DNA of 64,000 nt, taken from an uncultured Gemmatimonadales bacterium (lineage in GTDB: Bacteria > Gemmatimonadota > Gemmatimonadetes > Gemmatimonadales > Gemmatimonadaceae). A program made the translations under genes and the position numbers. Of this stretch, positions 8,832-20,597 are shown piece by piece (position 1 is the first letter of the stretch; the number at the start of each line of letters is the position of its first letter). The notes below the pieces were generated by a model. It had not been told where the DNA came from. It did not search any database and saw only the letters and a list, made by a program, of their open reading frames with translations. Where the stretch lies: assembly GCA_963701965.1 (NCBI GenBank), contig OY969695.1, positions 4,800,001 to 4,864,000 of the forward strand, in the 5' to 3' direction.

Positions 8832-10114
8832 CCGGGCGCGCGATGGGCCTTCGGGTCCACGGTCGAGTCATCGTGCCCGGCGACAAGTCGATCTCGCATC
8901 GCGCCCTGATCTTCGCCGCCCTCGCGGAGTCGGGTGAGACGTCCGTCGTGCGGGCCATTCTCGACTCGGCCGACGTCCGATCGACGGCCGGTGTTCTGCG
9001 GGCGCTGGGTGTGGCCATTCCCGAGCTATCCAGCGCGATGCGGATCTCCGGCGTCGGACGCCGCGGTTTCCGCGCCGCGGCGCACGCGCTCGAGTGCGGC
9101 AACAGCGGCACTACGGCCCGGCTTCTGTCGGGCGTCCTCGCCGCGTGCCCGTTCCGCAGTACGCTGATCGGCGACGCCAGTCTGAGCCGGCGGCCAATGC
9201 GGCGCGTGGCGCGTCCACTCGAGGCCATGGGCGCCCGCATCACGTTCGACGACGGCGACCACCTGCCAATGCACGTGACAGGCGGATCGCTCGCCACCGT
9301 CCGTTGGCGGAGCGAAACGGCCAGCGCACAGGTGAAGAGCGCGGTGCTCCTGGCCGGTCTCGTGGCCGGTGTGGCGGTGACCGTCGAGGAGCCGCTGGCC
9401 TCGCGCGATCATACCGAGCGTTTCTTGCGTGCGCTGGGCGCGCCGCTGCGCGTCGACGGCACCACTGTCACGCTGGATCCCGCCCCGCCACTGCGCGGAT
9501 TCGAGCTGAGCGTGCCCGGCGACCCATCGTCGGCCGCGTTTTTCGCCGGTCTCGCTTCGCTCGCCGACGAGGGTGAGCTCTCGCTCACGGGGGTGCTCGC
9601 GAGTCCGGCTCGGGATGGGTTTTTTCGGACCCTTCAAGACATGGGTGGACGGGTGGCGCGCGGCGCGTCACGGGAGACGGCGTCAGGTGAAACCGTCACC
9701 GACTACGTCATAGGCGCGGCGCCGCTGCGCGGCGTCCGCGTCGTGCCCGGGCTCGTGCCCACGATGATCGATGAGTTGCCGCTGGTGGCGTGTTTGGCGG
9801 CGCATGCGGAGGGTGAGACGGTCATCGAAGGGGCGGAAGAACTGCGGGTGAAAGAGAGTGATCGCATCGCGGTGACCGTGGCCAACCTCCGCGCTCTGGG
9901 CGTGGAGGCCGAGGAGCGGCCCGATGGGATGACGGTCGTGGGAACCACGGCTTCGCTCCGGGGCACGGTCCAGACCCACGGCGACCACCGCATCGCGATG
10001 GCGTTCGCCGTGCTCGGCCGCCGCCGCGGGAACGCGATCGGGATCGATGATCCGGATTGCGTGTCGGTGTCGTTTCCCGCGTTCTGGCGCACCCTCGAAG
10101 AGGTGACGCGTTGA
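8828..10114 (+). CDS. aroA: EPSP synthase
   Basis: PGDKSISHR, CGNSGTT, SAQVKSA, SRDHTE, ELRVKESDR, GDHRIAM. Confidence 0.97.
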   Translation: MTGRAMGLRVHGRVIVPGDKSISHRALIFAALAESGETSVVRAILDSADVRSTAGVLRALGVAIPELSSAMRISGVGRRGFRAAAHALECGNSGTTARLLSGVLAACPFRSTLIGDASLSRRPMRRVARPLEAMGARITFDDGDHLPMHVTGGSLATVRWRSETASAQVKSAVLLAGLVAGVAVTVEEPLASRDHTERFLRALGAPLRVDGTTVTLDPAPPLRGFELSVPGDPSSAAFFAGLASLADEGELSLTGVLASPARDGFFRTLQDMGGRVARGASRETASGETVTDYVIGAAPLRGVRVVPGLVPTMIDELPLVACLAAHAEGETVIEGAEELRVKESDRIAVTVANLRALGVEAEERPDGMTVVGTTASLRGTVQTHGDHRIAMAFAVLGRRRGNAIGIDDPDCVSVSFPAFWRTLEEVTR

Positions 10115-10809
10115 GCCGCCCGCGGCTGGTGATCGCCATCGACGGTCCGGCCGCATCCGGCAAATCTTCGACGGCGCAGTGGGTGGCCGAGCAGCTCGGG
10201 TTTCGGCACGTGGACTCGGGCGCCCTCTATCGCGCGGCGACGGCGGCGGCCCTGCGCGCGGAGCCGGACGACGCCCGGTGGGACGAGGCGCTGGTGACGG
10301 GGCGGACCGACGGCATCACGCTCGTGCCGTCCCGCACGTCGTTCGTCCCCCACATCGGCGGAGTCAATGTCACGGCTGACGTGCGATCTCCGGCAGTGAC
10401 CCGGTCCGTGTCGCGCGTCGCGCAGATGCCGGCGGTCCGGGCGTGGGTGAACGACCAGGTGCGATCCGTGGCCCGGGAGCACGACATCGTCGTGGATGGC
10501 CGGGACATGGGCACCGTGGTGTTTCCCGACGCCGCCCTCAAGATCTTTTTGATCGCCGATCCCTGGGAGCGCGCCCGGCGCCGCCTCATTGAGCGCTACT
10601 CCCGCGGCCCAACGGACGCCGAGATCGCCGAGGAAACCGACGCCCTGGTGCAGCGCGACGCCCGCGACAAGATGCAGACCGTTCAGGCGAAAGATGCGAT
10701 TCTCATCGACACCACGACTCTGACCCAGGAGGAGCAAGTGGGCCGCATCGTGGCGCTCGCCGAGGCCGCAATGGAGCGGGAGCTGGGGGCCGAGGGCCAA
10801 ACGCCCTAA
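10111..10809 (+). CDS. cmk: Cytidylate kinase
   Basis: IAIDGPAASGKS, DSGALYR, DGRDMGTVVFPDA. Confidence 0.97.
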   Translation: MSRPRLVIAIDGPAASGKSSTAQWVAEQLGFRHVDSGALYRAATAAALRAEPDDARWDEALVTGRTDGITLVPSRTSFVPHIGGVNVTADVRSPAVTRSVSRVAQMPAVRAWVNDQVRSVAREHDIVVDGRDMGTVVFPDAALKIFLIADPWERARRRLIERYSRGPTDAEIAEETDALVQRDARDKMQTVQAKDAILIDTTTLTQEEQVGRIVALAEAAMERELGAEGQTP

Positions 10810-10828
10810 GTCGCAATGCGACTTCTCA

Positions 10829-10857
10829 TTGACTCGATCGTCAGCTACGGCTAGGTT
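10829..10857 (+). promoter_or_regulatory. Sigma70-type internal promoter for rpsA
   Basis: TTGACT-17 nt-TAGGTT; AGGAG SD before ATG 10949. Confidence 0.65.
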
Positions 10858-10948
10858 TTTGGGTTCCCTCAGTGCGCCTTCGGTTTACCCCAACCTCGCG
10901 CGCGGCGAGCAGATAGTCCGCGTGGTCACAAGGAGATTCTTGGCCGCT

Positions 10949-12779
10949 ATGCCCGAGCTCGAAACCCCGGTCCCAACCCCCAACTCTTCCCCGGCCGTCA
11001 ATGGCGGGCCAGGTGCACCGCTCACGCAGCGCGAGAAGCGCGATATGCAGAAAGCGCAGCTCCGCCCGTTGGCCAACCGCCGCCCCGAATTGTACGACGA
11101 GGACGAGTACGCCCCGGACTCGGATGAGTACGAGCGGATGTTCGAGCTGTACCAGGGCACGATGGCCTCGATCGAGGAAGGCGAGATCGTCCGGGCCACG
11201 GTGCAGGGCATTCGCGACAACATGGTCGTCCTCGACATCGGCTTCAAATCCGAAGGCACTGTCCCGTACGAAGAGTTCAAGGACATGCCGGAGCTCAAGG
11301 CCGGGGACATCGTCGAAGTGTTGCTCGAGCACCTCGAGGACCAGGAAGGCTCGGTCGTCCTGTCGAAGAAGAAGGCCGACTTCATGCGCGTGTGGGAGCG
11401 CATCCGGGTCGCCTACGAGACCGATCAGCCGGTCGAAGGGACGCTGGTCAAGAAGATCAAGGGCGGCGTCGTGGTCGACCTCATGGGTGTCGACGCGTTC
11501 CTGCCGGGCTCCCAGATCGCGCTCCGCCGCGTGCCGAACATCGACGAGCTGCTCGGGCAGAAGTACGAGTTCAAGATCATCAAGCTCAACAAGCGCCGGC
11601 GGAACATCGTCGTTTCGCGCCGGGTGATCCTCGAGGCCGAACGCGCGGGCAAGCGCGAGAAGCTGATGAAGGAGCTGCAGAAGGACCAAGTGCGGAAGGG
11701 CGTGGTCAAGAACATCACGGACTTCGGCGCCTTCATCGATCTGGGCGGTGTCGACGGTTTGCTGCACATCACCGACATGTCGTGGGGCCGGATCGCCCAT
11801 CCGTCGGAGAATGGTGCACATCGGTCAGGAACTGGAAGTCAAAGTCCTGGACATCGACTGGGAGCGGGAGCGCATCTCGCTCGGCCTCAAGCAGCTCCAG
11901 AGCTACCCGTGGAAGGACGTCGCGGCCAAGTACCCGGTCGGGACCCGCGTGCACGGGAAGGTCGTGTCGATCACGAATTACGGCGCGTTCATCGAGCTGG
12001 AGCCCGGCATTGAAGGGCTGGTGCACATCAGCGAGATGAGCTGGACGCGCAACGTGCGGCACCCGTCGAAGCTCGTGTCGATCGGCGAGGCCATCGAGGC
12101 CGTGGTCCTCAAGGTCGATCCGAACGAAGAGAAGATCTCGCTCGGCATGAAGCAGACCGAGCAGGATCCCTGGGTCGTCCTGCCCTTGAAGTACCCCGTT
12201 GGAACGCGCATTACGGGTAAAGTCAGGAACTTGACCAGCTTCGGTGCGTTCGTGGAGATCGAGCCGGGCATCAATGGTCTGATCCACATCTCGGACATGT
12301 CGTGGACGAAGCGGGTCCAGCACCCGTCCGAGGTCGTGAAGAAGGGCGACACCGTCGACGTGGTGATCCTCAACATCGATTCCGACAACAAGCGGATCAG
12401 CCTCGGGCTCAAGCAGGCCGAAGAGGATCCGTGGCTGCGGATCGGCGAGAACTACCCGGTCGGGACGGAGTTGCGCGGGGTCGTCGTCCGGCTCATGGAC
12501 AAGGGTGTCGTGGTCGATATCGGCAACGACATCGAGGGTTTCGTCCCGGTGAGCCAGCTCAACAACGGCAAACCCGTGTCGAGCCCGGCGGACATCGTCT
12601 ATGAGACGATGAACCTCAATGTGCGGATCCTGGAGGTGGACCCGATCCACCGGCGCATCGTGCTGGCGGTGACGGGGATTCCGGAAGAGCAGCCGCCGCG
12701 TCCGGAGACGCCGTCCAAGGTCATCCCAATGGACTCGGAGAACGACATCGGGCCCATCACGGGCTCCGAGGAGATCTAG
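10949..12779 (+). CDS. rpsA: 30S ribosomal protein S1 (apparent +1 frameshift at ~11810, likely sequencing error)
   Basis: S1 repeats (DIGFKSEG, DFGAFIDLGGVDGLLHITDMSW, NYGAFIELEPGIEGLVH); removing one A at 11810/11811 joins HPSE-MVHIGQ. Confidence 0.95.
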
Positions 12780-12809
12780 CGGGGTGCCAAAGGTCACCCC
12801 GCCAGATCT
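12772..12809 (+). terminator. Hairpin after rpsA
   Basis: agatctagcggggtg...caccccgccagatct inverted repeat. Confidence 0.55.
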
Positions 12810-12856
12810 AGTCGGTTGGACTGCGCTCGGCTCCGCCGAGCTCTAGCGACTTGTCC

Positions 12857-14401
<1,545 letters not shown>

Positions 14402-14468
14402 GAGTCTGCGACTCTCACAGGAAATATCTTGTCGGTTGCCAGGGATTCTGGCTGCGCCAGAATCCCCC

Positions 14469-15983
14469 ATGATTGGCAAAGTTCTGGTCGCGAACCGCGG
14501 CGAGATCGCGATTCGGGTGATGCGGGCCTGCCGGGAGATGGGGATCCGGTCGGTGGCGGTGTACAGCGACGCCGACGGGGCGGCGCCGCATGCGCGGTCG
14601 GCGGACGAGGCGGTGGGACTCGGCCCCGGCCCGTCGCGCGAGACGTACCTGGATATCGGCAAGATCATCGCCGCCGCCAAAGCGACGGCCGCCGATGCGG
14701 TGCACCCCGGCTATGGTTTCCTGTCGGAGCGCGCCGAGTTCGCGCGGGCGGTGCGGGATGCCGGATTGACGTTCATCGGGCCGCCGGCCGAGGCCATCGA
14801 GGCCATGGGCAGCAAGACGGCGGCGCGCCGCCTCGCCCAGTCGGCGGGTGTCCCCGTGGTGCCGGGCACGACGGAGCCGTTGCGCGATGCTCAGGAGGCC
14901 GCCAGCATCGCCGAGCAGTTCGGGTACCCGGTGCTGCTCAAGGCCGCGGCCGGCGGTGGCGGCAAAGGGATGCGCGTGGTGCACAACGCGTCCGAGATCG
15001 GTGGCGCGCTCGACGCCGCGCGACGCGAGGCCAAGAACGCGTTTGGCGATGACGCGGTGTACGTCGAGAAGTACATCGTCGGCCCGCGCCACATCGAGAT
15101 CCAGGTCCTCGCTGACAGCCACGGGACCGTCATCGCGCTCGGTGAGCGCGAGTGCTCCGTGCAGCGACGCCACCAAAAAGTCGTCGAGGAGGCTCCGAGT
15201 ATCGCCGTGAGCCCGGAGTTGCGGCGCGCGATGGGGGAGACGGCGATCCGCGCGGCCTGCGCGGCCGGCTACGTCAACGCCGGCACGTGCGAGTTTTTGC
15301 TCGATCGGGATGGGCATTTCTACTTTCTGGAAATGAACACCCGCATTCAAGTCGAGCACCCCGTGACGGAATTCGTGTACGGCCTCGACCTCGTGCAGTG
15401 GCAACTGCGGATTGCCGCCGGCGAGCGGATCCCCGAGTGGCTCGCCACCGGGCTTACGCCCCGCGGCTGGGCCATCGAGTGTCGCATCACGAGCGAGGAT
15501 CCCGCCGCCGGGTTTCTGCCGTCGACCGGCCGCGTGAGCGCGCTGCACCTGCCCACCGGACCGGGCGTGCAATGGGACGGCGGCATCGAGGCCGGCAGCG
15601 AGATCGGGCTGCTCTACGATCCGCTGTTGGCGAAGCTCATCGTGTGGGCCCCGACCCGCGAGACGGCCGTCGCGCGCATGGAGCGCGCCCTTGGCGAGCT
15701 CGTGATCGAGGGCGTGGAGACGTCGCGCGATTTTCATCTGCGCGTCATGTCCGACGCGGAGTTTCGCGCCGGGGCCATCGACATCCATTGGTTGGAGCGG
15801 CGTCTGCCCTCCCTGATCGATCGGCCGGCGCCGGCATCGCTGATCGATCTGGCCGCGCTGGCCGGGGCGCTCCTCGCCAACGATCAACGCGGTGTGGTGG
15901 CGCCGGTGGCGCCGGCCCCCGCGACGCCCATCGCGGCCGGGAGCGGGTGGCTCTCCGTCGCGCGGAGCGAGGGGCTTCGATAG
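14469..15983 (+). CDS. accC: Biotin carboxylase subunit
   Basis: KVLVANRGEIA, HPGYGFLSE, KAAAGGGGKGMR, ERECSVQRRHQK, EMNTRIQVEHPVTE. Confidence 0.95.
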   Translation: MIGKVLVANRGEIAIRVMRACREMGIRSVAVYSDADGAAPHARSADEAVGLGPGPSRETYLDIGKIIAAAKATAADAVHPGYGFLSERAEFARAVRDAGLTFIGPPAEAIEAMGSKTAARRLAQSAGVPVVPGTTEPLRDAQEAASIAEQFGYPVLLKAAAGGGGKGMRVVHNASEIGGALDAARREAKNAFGDDAVYVEKYIVGPRHIEIQVLADSHGTVIALGERECSVQRRHQKVVEEAPSIAVSPELRRAMGETAIRAACAAGYVNAGTCEFLLDRDGHFYFLEMNTRIQVEHPVTEFVYGLDLVQWQLRIAAGERIPEWLATGLTPRGWAIECRITSEDPAAGFLPSTGRVSALHLPTGPGVQWDGGIEAGSEIGLLYDPLLAKLIVWAPTRETAVARMERALGELVIEGVETSRDFHLRVMSDAEFRAGAIDIHWLERRLPSLIDRPAPASLIDLAALAGALLANDQRGVVAPVAPAPATPIAAGSGWLSVARSEGLR

Positions 15984-17203
15984 TGCCGGAGGCCGAAGTC
16001 GACATCGAGACCATAGCCGCCGGCGGTGATGGCGTGGGGCGCATCGAGGCCGGGTTGGTCACCTTCGTTCCGCGCACCGCGCCGGGCGATCGGGCGCGTA
16101 TTCGCTATGCGGCGGGGCGGCGGTTTGCGCGCGGGGAGTTGGAGCGTCTCGTGCGCGCGTCCCCGGTACGCATCGCGCCCCGTTGCAGCCACTACGTTGG
16201 CGACCGGTGCGGGGGATGTACGCTTCAGCACCTGGCGTACGAAGCGCAGCTCGAGGCGAAAGCGCGTATCGTGCGCGACGCACTGGTTCGCATCGGGCAT
16301 CGCCAAGTCCCGTTGCCGGAGATCGTGCCCAGTCCGCGTCCGTGGGGATACCGGTCGAAGCTCACCCTCGCCATGCGGCGCCGGGAAGGACGGTGGATCG
16401 CCGGCCTGCATCCGTATGACGACGCCGAGGCCGTATTCGCGCTCCGCGAGTGTCCGATCACGGAAGAGCCGGTGCTCGCGGTCTGGCGCGCGATTCTGGC
16501 GGCGGGCGAGTGGTTGCCGGCCGTGGACGCGCTGCGCGGGGCCGTGCGGGTGGTGGACGGGAGCGCGACCTTCGTGCTCGAAGGGGCGCGGCAATGGGAC
16601 ACCCACGCGCAATTCTTCGCGGCGGTGGCCGGGATCGGGGAGCTGTGGTGGACCCCCGAGGATGGCGCGCCGCGCGCGTTGCATCGGCGGGGTCTCGCGG
16701 CGCTCGGGATGTCCTTCGCGCAAGTCAATACCGCGTTGGCCGGGGCGCTGGAAAACGATGTGATCGAGCGCGCCCGGCGCTACGCGCCGGCGCGCGTCGT
16801 GGACGCCTACGCGGGGCGCGGCCACGTCGCGATCGCGCTCGCCCAAACGGCGCGCGTCACCGCCATCGAGAGTGATGCGCGGGCAGTGGCGTGGTGCCGG
16901 GAGCGGCTGGCGGAGGCGGGGGGATCGCGGGCGATCGCGGGTCGCGTGGAAGATGTGATCGCCGACGCGCTGCCGGCCGACGTCGTCGTGCTCAACCCAC
17001 CGCGCGCGGGCGTGCACGAGCGCGTGACGACGGCGCTGGCGGGTCCGGACGGGCCACGGGCGATCATCTATGTGAGCTGCGATCCCGCGACGCTCGCCCG
17101 CGATGTGAAACGCCTCGAGCCCTACGCCATCACGGCCGTGCGCGCCTTCGACATGTTCCCGCAGACCGCCCACGTCGAAACCGTGGTCGAGATGTCCCGA
17201 TGA
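15983..17203 (+). CDS. RlmD/TrmA-family RNA m5U methyltransferase with TRAM domain
   Basis: GGDGVGR TRAM start, CSHY...CGGCTLQH, DAYAGRG, LNPPRAG, YVSCDPATLARD, DMFPQTAHVE. Confidence 0.92.
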   Translation: MPEAEVDIETIAAGGDGVGRIEAGLVTFVPRTAPGDRARIRYAAGRRFARGELERLVRASPVRIAPRCSHYVGDRCGGCTLQHLAYEAQLEAKARIVRDALVRIGHRQVPLPEIVPSPRPWGYRSKLTLAMRRREGRWIAGLHPYDDAEAVFALRECPITEEPVLAVWRAILAAGEWLPAVDALRGAVRVVDGSATFVLEGARQWDTHAQFFAAVAGIGELWWTPEDGAPRALHRRGLAALGMSFAQVNTALAGALENDVIERARRYAPARVVDAYAGRGHVAIALAQTARVTAIESDARAVAWCRERLAEAGGSRAIAGRVEDVIADALPADVVVLNPPRAGVHERVTTALAGPDGPRAIIYVSCDPATLARDVKRLEPYAITAVRAFDMFPQTAHVETVVEMSR

Positions 17204-17676
17204 GATACGTCGTCGACGTGAACGGCGAGCGAAAGACGGTCGACGTTCCCGGCGGGACGCCGGCGACCCTGACGCCGGTGCCGGGGTCTCCGGTCTGGAT
17301 CCTCACGGTGGGCGACACGACCCATCGCGTTCTGGTGCGATCCGGCGGGGCTCCGGGGCGGTACACGCTGTCGCTGGGCGGCTACCGGTTTGAAGTCGAG
17401 GCGCTCGACGAGCGCGCGCGCGCCATTCGCGAGATGACGCAAGCCGTAGCGGCACCGAGCGGTCCCAAGCCGCTCAAGGCGCCGATGCCGGGCCTCATCG
17501 TGCGCGTCCTCGTGGCGCCCGGCGACACGGTCGCCGCGGGGCAGGGTCTCGTAGTAATGGAGGCCATGAAGATGGAAAACGAGCTGCGGGCGCCGGCCGC
17601 CGGGACGGTGCGCGCGGTGACCGCGACACCGGGGACCGCGGTCGAAAAGGGCGCCGTGCTCATCGAGCTCGCCTGA
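17200..17676 (+). CDS. Biotin carboxyl carrier protein
   Basis: KAPMPG...EAMKMENE biotinylation motif. Confidence 0.95.
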   Translation: MRYVVDVNGERKTVDVPGGTPATLTPVPGSPVWILTVGDTTHRVLVRSGGAPGRYTLSLGGYRFEVEALDERARAIREMTQAVAAPSGPKPLKAPMPGLIVRVLVAPGDTVAAGQGLVVMEAMKMENELRAPAAGTVRAVTATPGTAVEKGAVLIELA

Positions 17677-17713
17677 ATTTCCCGCTGAAACCAAAATTGC
17701 AACCGTGACTTGA

Positions 17714-18465
17714 CGGGTCGGCGCCCTCGCGGGCTACCGATCCTTCCGGCAACTGGCCGACTCGCTCGGGCGCCGCGGGATCGCCGTGCTGCGCATGGAC
17801 GACCGTGGGGTCGGTGCCTCCAAAGGCACGTTCAAGGGCACGACCGATGAAGGCTTCGCGGCGGACATCCGCGCCGGACTCGCGTACCTCGAGACGCGGC
17901 CCGAGATCGACGCCAAGCGCCTCGGCCTCATTGGGCACAGCGAAGGCGCGATGATCGCCCCCATGGTCGCCCGGGTCGACCCGGTCCGGGCGATCGTGCT
18001 CCTGGCGGGGGTGTCAGGCACGCTCATGCCGACCCTCCAATACCAGATGGGCAACAACATCGCGCATAACGCCAAACTTTCGTCGACGCAAAAAGACTCG
18101 GCGATGGCGGACCTGCCGACCAAGATCGACTCGATGATGGCCGCGGATCCCTGGTGGAAATTCATCCTGACACACGACTTCTCGGACGATCAGCGCCACG
18201 TGTCCTCCGCCTCGGTCCTCATCCTGACCGGTGAGCACGACCAGCAGGCCGAACCCAAGTATCAACCGGACATGGTCGCCAACTTCAAGGCGGCCGGCAA
18301 CCGCGACGTGACGGCATTGATCATCCCCGGGGTCGACCACCTGTTCGTGACGGATCCCGATGGGTTCCCCGGGGATACGCCAAACTGCCCACGCCCGTGA
18401 TGGTGCGCTCCGACGTCGTCGGCACGGTCGTGGACTGGCTCGTCCTCCGCCTTGGCACTAAATAG
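17714..18465 (+). pseudogene. 5'-truncated alpha/beta hydrolase (additional -1 frameshift in G run at ~18371)
   Basis: GYRSFRQLADSLGRRGIAVLRMDDRG, GHSEG nucleophile elbow, VDHLF; in-frame TGA at 17711 with no N-terminal part; adding one G gives a normal C-terminus ending TAG 18465. Confidence 0.75.
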
Positions 18466-18470
18466 CCCCC

Positions 18471-20597
18471 ATGCGTTGCGCTCTCTTCTTCATCGCCCTC
18501 GTAGCGGCCCCTCTGGCGGCCCAATCGCCCGCCGCGGACTTCGATGCCTATGTCACGCGCGGCCTCCATGACTGGCACGTGCCCGGTCTCGTCGTCGCCG
18601 TCGTCACGGGCGACTCGATCGCGTTCCAAAAGGCCTACGGCGTCCAGGACATCACGACGGGGAAACCCGTCGACTTGCACACCCGGTTCGCCATTGGCTC
18701 GACGACCAAGGCCATGACCGTGATGGCGCTCGGCATGTTGGTGGATGAAGGGAAGGTCCGGTGGGATGGTCGCGTGATCGACTATCTGCCGAACTTCCGC
18801 CTGTACGACCCGTACGTCACGCGGGACATCCGCGTGCGGGACCTCCTGACGCACCGCAGTGGCCTGGGCGGGGAAGGCGATCTCCTCTGGGTGCGGCCCG
18901 ATGTCTCCGAGGCGGAGATCGTGCGGCGCATGCGCTACTTCAAGCCGGAGTCGCCGTTCCGGACGCGTTGGAGCTACAACAACATCATGTACCAGGTTGC
19001 CGGCGACATTGTCGAAGCGGCGTCCGGCATGACGTGGGACCGGTTCCTGACCACGCGCATCTTCGACCCGTTGGGGATGCACGAGACGATCCCCACCGTC
19101 GCGGGATCCATCGGCCAGCCGGATGTGGCCACCTGGCATGGTCTGGTGCACGATTCGCTCCGCGTCATTCCCGTGCAGAGCACGGATCAAATCAAAGCCG
19201 CCGGCTCGGTGTACTCGAGCATCCACGACATGACCCTGTGGGTCAAATTCCTACTCGATAGCGGTCGCGTGAACGGCAAGCGGCTCGTCAGCGACTCCGT
19301 GTTCCGGGAGATCTTCAAGTCGGAGATCCCCGCCGACCGCGCGATTTATCCCATGGTATCGCTCCTCCAACCCCATTTCTTCGACTACGGGTTCGGGTTC
19401 TTTCTCGAGGACTATGCCGGGTACAAGGTCGCGATGCACACGGGCAGCATCGACGGCATGTGCGCGCTGATCGGCATCGTTCCCGAGAAGCGGCTCGGGT
19501 TCTATGTCCTGGAGAACGTCGATCACGCCGAGCTGCGGCATGCGCTCCTCTACAAAGCCATCGACACCTGGCTGGGGACCGGCACGCGCGACTGGAGTGC
19601 GGAGTTGTACACGCTGTTGCACCCACATCAGGACAAGGCCGTCGCCGCCAAGGACACCACGCCGGCCCCGGCGTCGCTCCCGCTGGAGCGGTACACGGGG
19701 ACCTACGTCGACTCGACGTTCGGCGACATCATCGTCTCGATGGGAACCGCGGGGCTCCGGTTCACGTACGGGTCGAGCGAAGGCACGATGGAGCACACGC
19801 GGTACGATGGCTTCCGCCTGCACTCGACGACGGCCAAGCACCTCGAGGGCGATCCCGTGACGTTCGCGCCGGACGGCAAAGGCGGCGTGAGCGGGCTCAC
19901 GTTCTCCCGCATCGCGTTCACGCGAACGCCCACGCCGGCCGGCGTCGCGGTGATTCAACAGATCCATGATCGCTACGCATCCACCTGGTATCGGTCGCTC
20001 TCGTTCACGGAGCGGGCGGATCAGCGCAGCACCGATGGCAAAACGACGTCGGAGACGTGGTGGGAGGAAGGGAAGTTCCCCGGGCGGCTGCGCATTGATG
20101 TCGGGACCATGGCCACGGATACCGTGCGGGCGCGGCGCATCATCCTGTTCAACAACGACAGCGCCTTCGTGAAAGCGCCCGGTGGCGCCTTACGGCGCTC
20201 CGGGCGTCTCAACATGCTGCTGGTGCTGGGGTTTGATATCTATCATCAACCCGTCGATCGGACCGTCGCGCAGCTCACGAGTGAAGGCTTTGATCTCGAC
20301 AAGGTGCACGCGGACAGGTGGCACGGACGACCGGCGACGGTCATCGGGGCCGCCTCCGGCGACACGACTTCGAAGCAATTCTGGATCGATACCGAACGCG
20401 GCGTGTTCGTGCGCATGCGCGATGGCTCACGCGAGGCGTGGTTCGACGACTATCGGCCGCTGGCCGGCGGCTGGATCGCGGCCGAAGTCGGCGTGAGCAA
20501 CGACAACGTGATGCAGCTCCACGAGGTGTATTCCAACATCAAGGCCAACGTGGAGCTGCCGGACGCCTTATTCGACCCGGCTCGCCTCGACCGGTAG
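18471..20597 (+). CDS. Secreted serine hydrolase (beta-lactamase/AmpC-like fold + DUF3471-like domain) fused to a C-terminal LolA-like domain
   Basis: Signal peptide; FAIGSTTK (SxxK), LLTHRSG, WSYNN (YxN), HTG; extra ~220-aa C-terminal domain ending LPDALFDP. Confidence 0.85.
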   Translation: MRCALFFIALVAAPLAAQSPAADFDAYVTRGLHDWHVPGLVVAVVTGDSIAFQKAYGVQDITTGKPVDLHTRFAIGSTTKAMTVMALGMLVDEGKVRWDGRVIDYLPNFRLYDPYVTRDIRVRDLLTHRSGLGGEGDLLWVRPDVSEAEIVRRMRYFKPESPFRTRWSYNNIMYQVAGDIVEAASGMTWDRFLTTRIFDPLGMHETIPTVAGSIGQPDVATWHGLVHDSLRVIPVQSTDQIKAAGSVYSSIHDMTLWVKFLLDSGRVNGKRLVSDSVFREIFKSEIPADRAIYPMVSLLQPHFFDYGFGFFLEDYAGYKVAMHTGSIDGMCALIGIVPEKRLGFYVLENVDHAELRHALLYKAIDTWLGTGTRDWSAELYTLLHPHQDKAVAAKDTTPAPASLPLERYTGTYVDSTFGDIIVSMGTAGLRFTYGSSEGTMEHTRYDGFRLHSTTAKHLEGDPVTFAPDGKGGVSGLTFSRIAFTRTPTPAGVAVIQQIHDRYASTWYRSLSFTERADQRSTDGKTTSETWWEEGKFPGRLRIDVGTMATDTVRARRIILFNNDSAFVKAPGGALRRSGRLNMLLVLGFDIYHQPVDRTVAQLTSEGFDLDKVHADRWHGRPATVIGAASGDTTSKQFWIDTERGVFVRMRDGSREAWFDDYRPLAGGWIAAEVGVSNDNVMQLHEVYSNIKANVELPDALFDPARLDR

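Noticed and set aside
10949..12779. rpsA (and purF) as true pseudogenes or programmed frameshifts
   Set aside because: Single-base insertions with no slippery site or other decay; a sequencing error is more parsimonious
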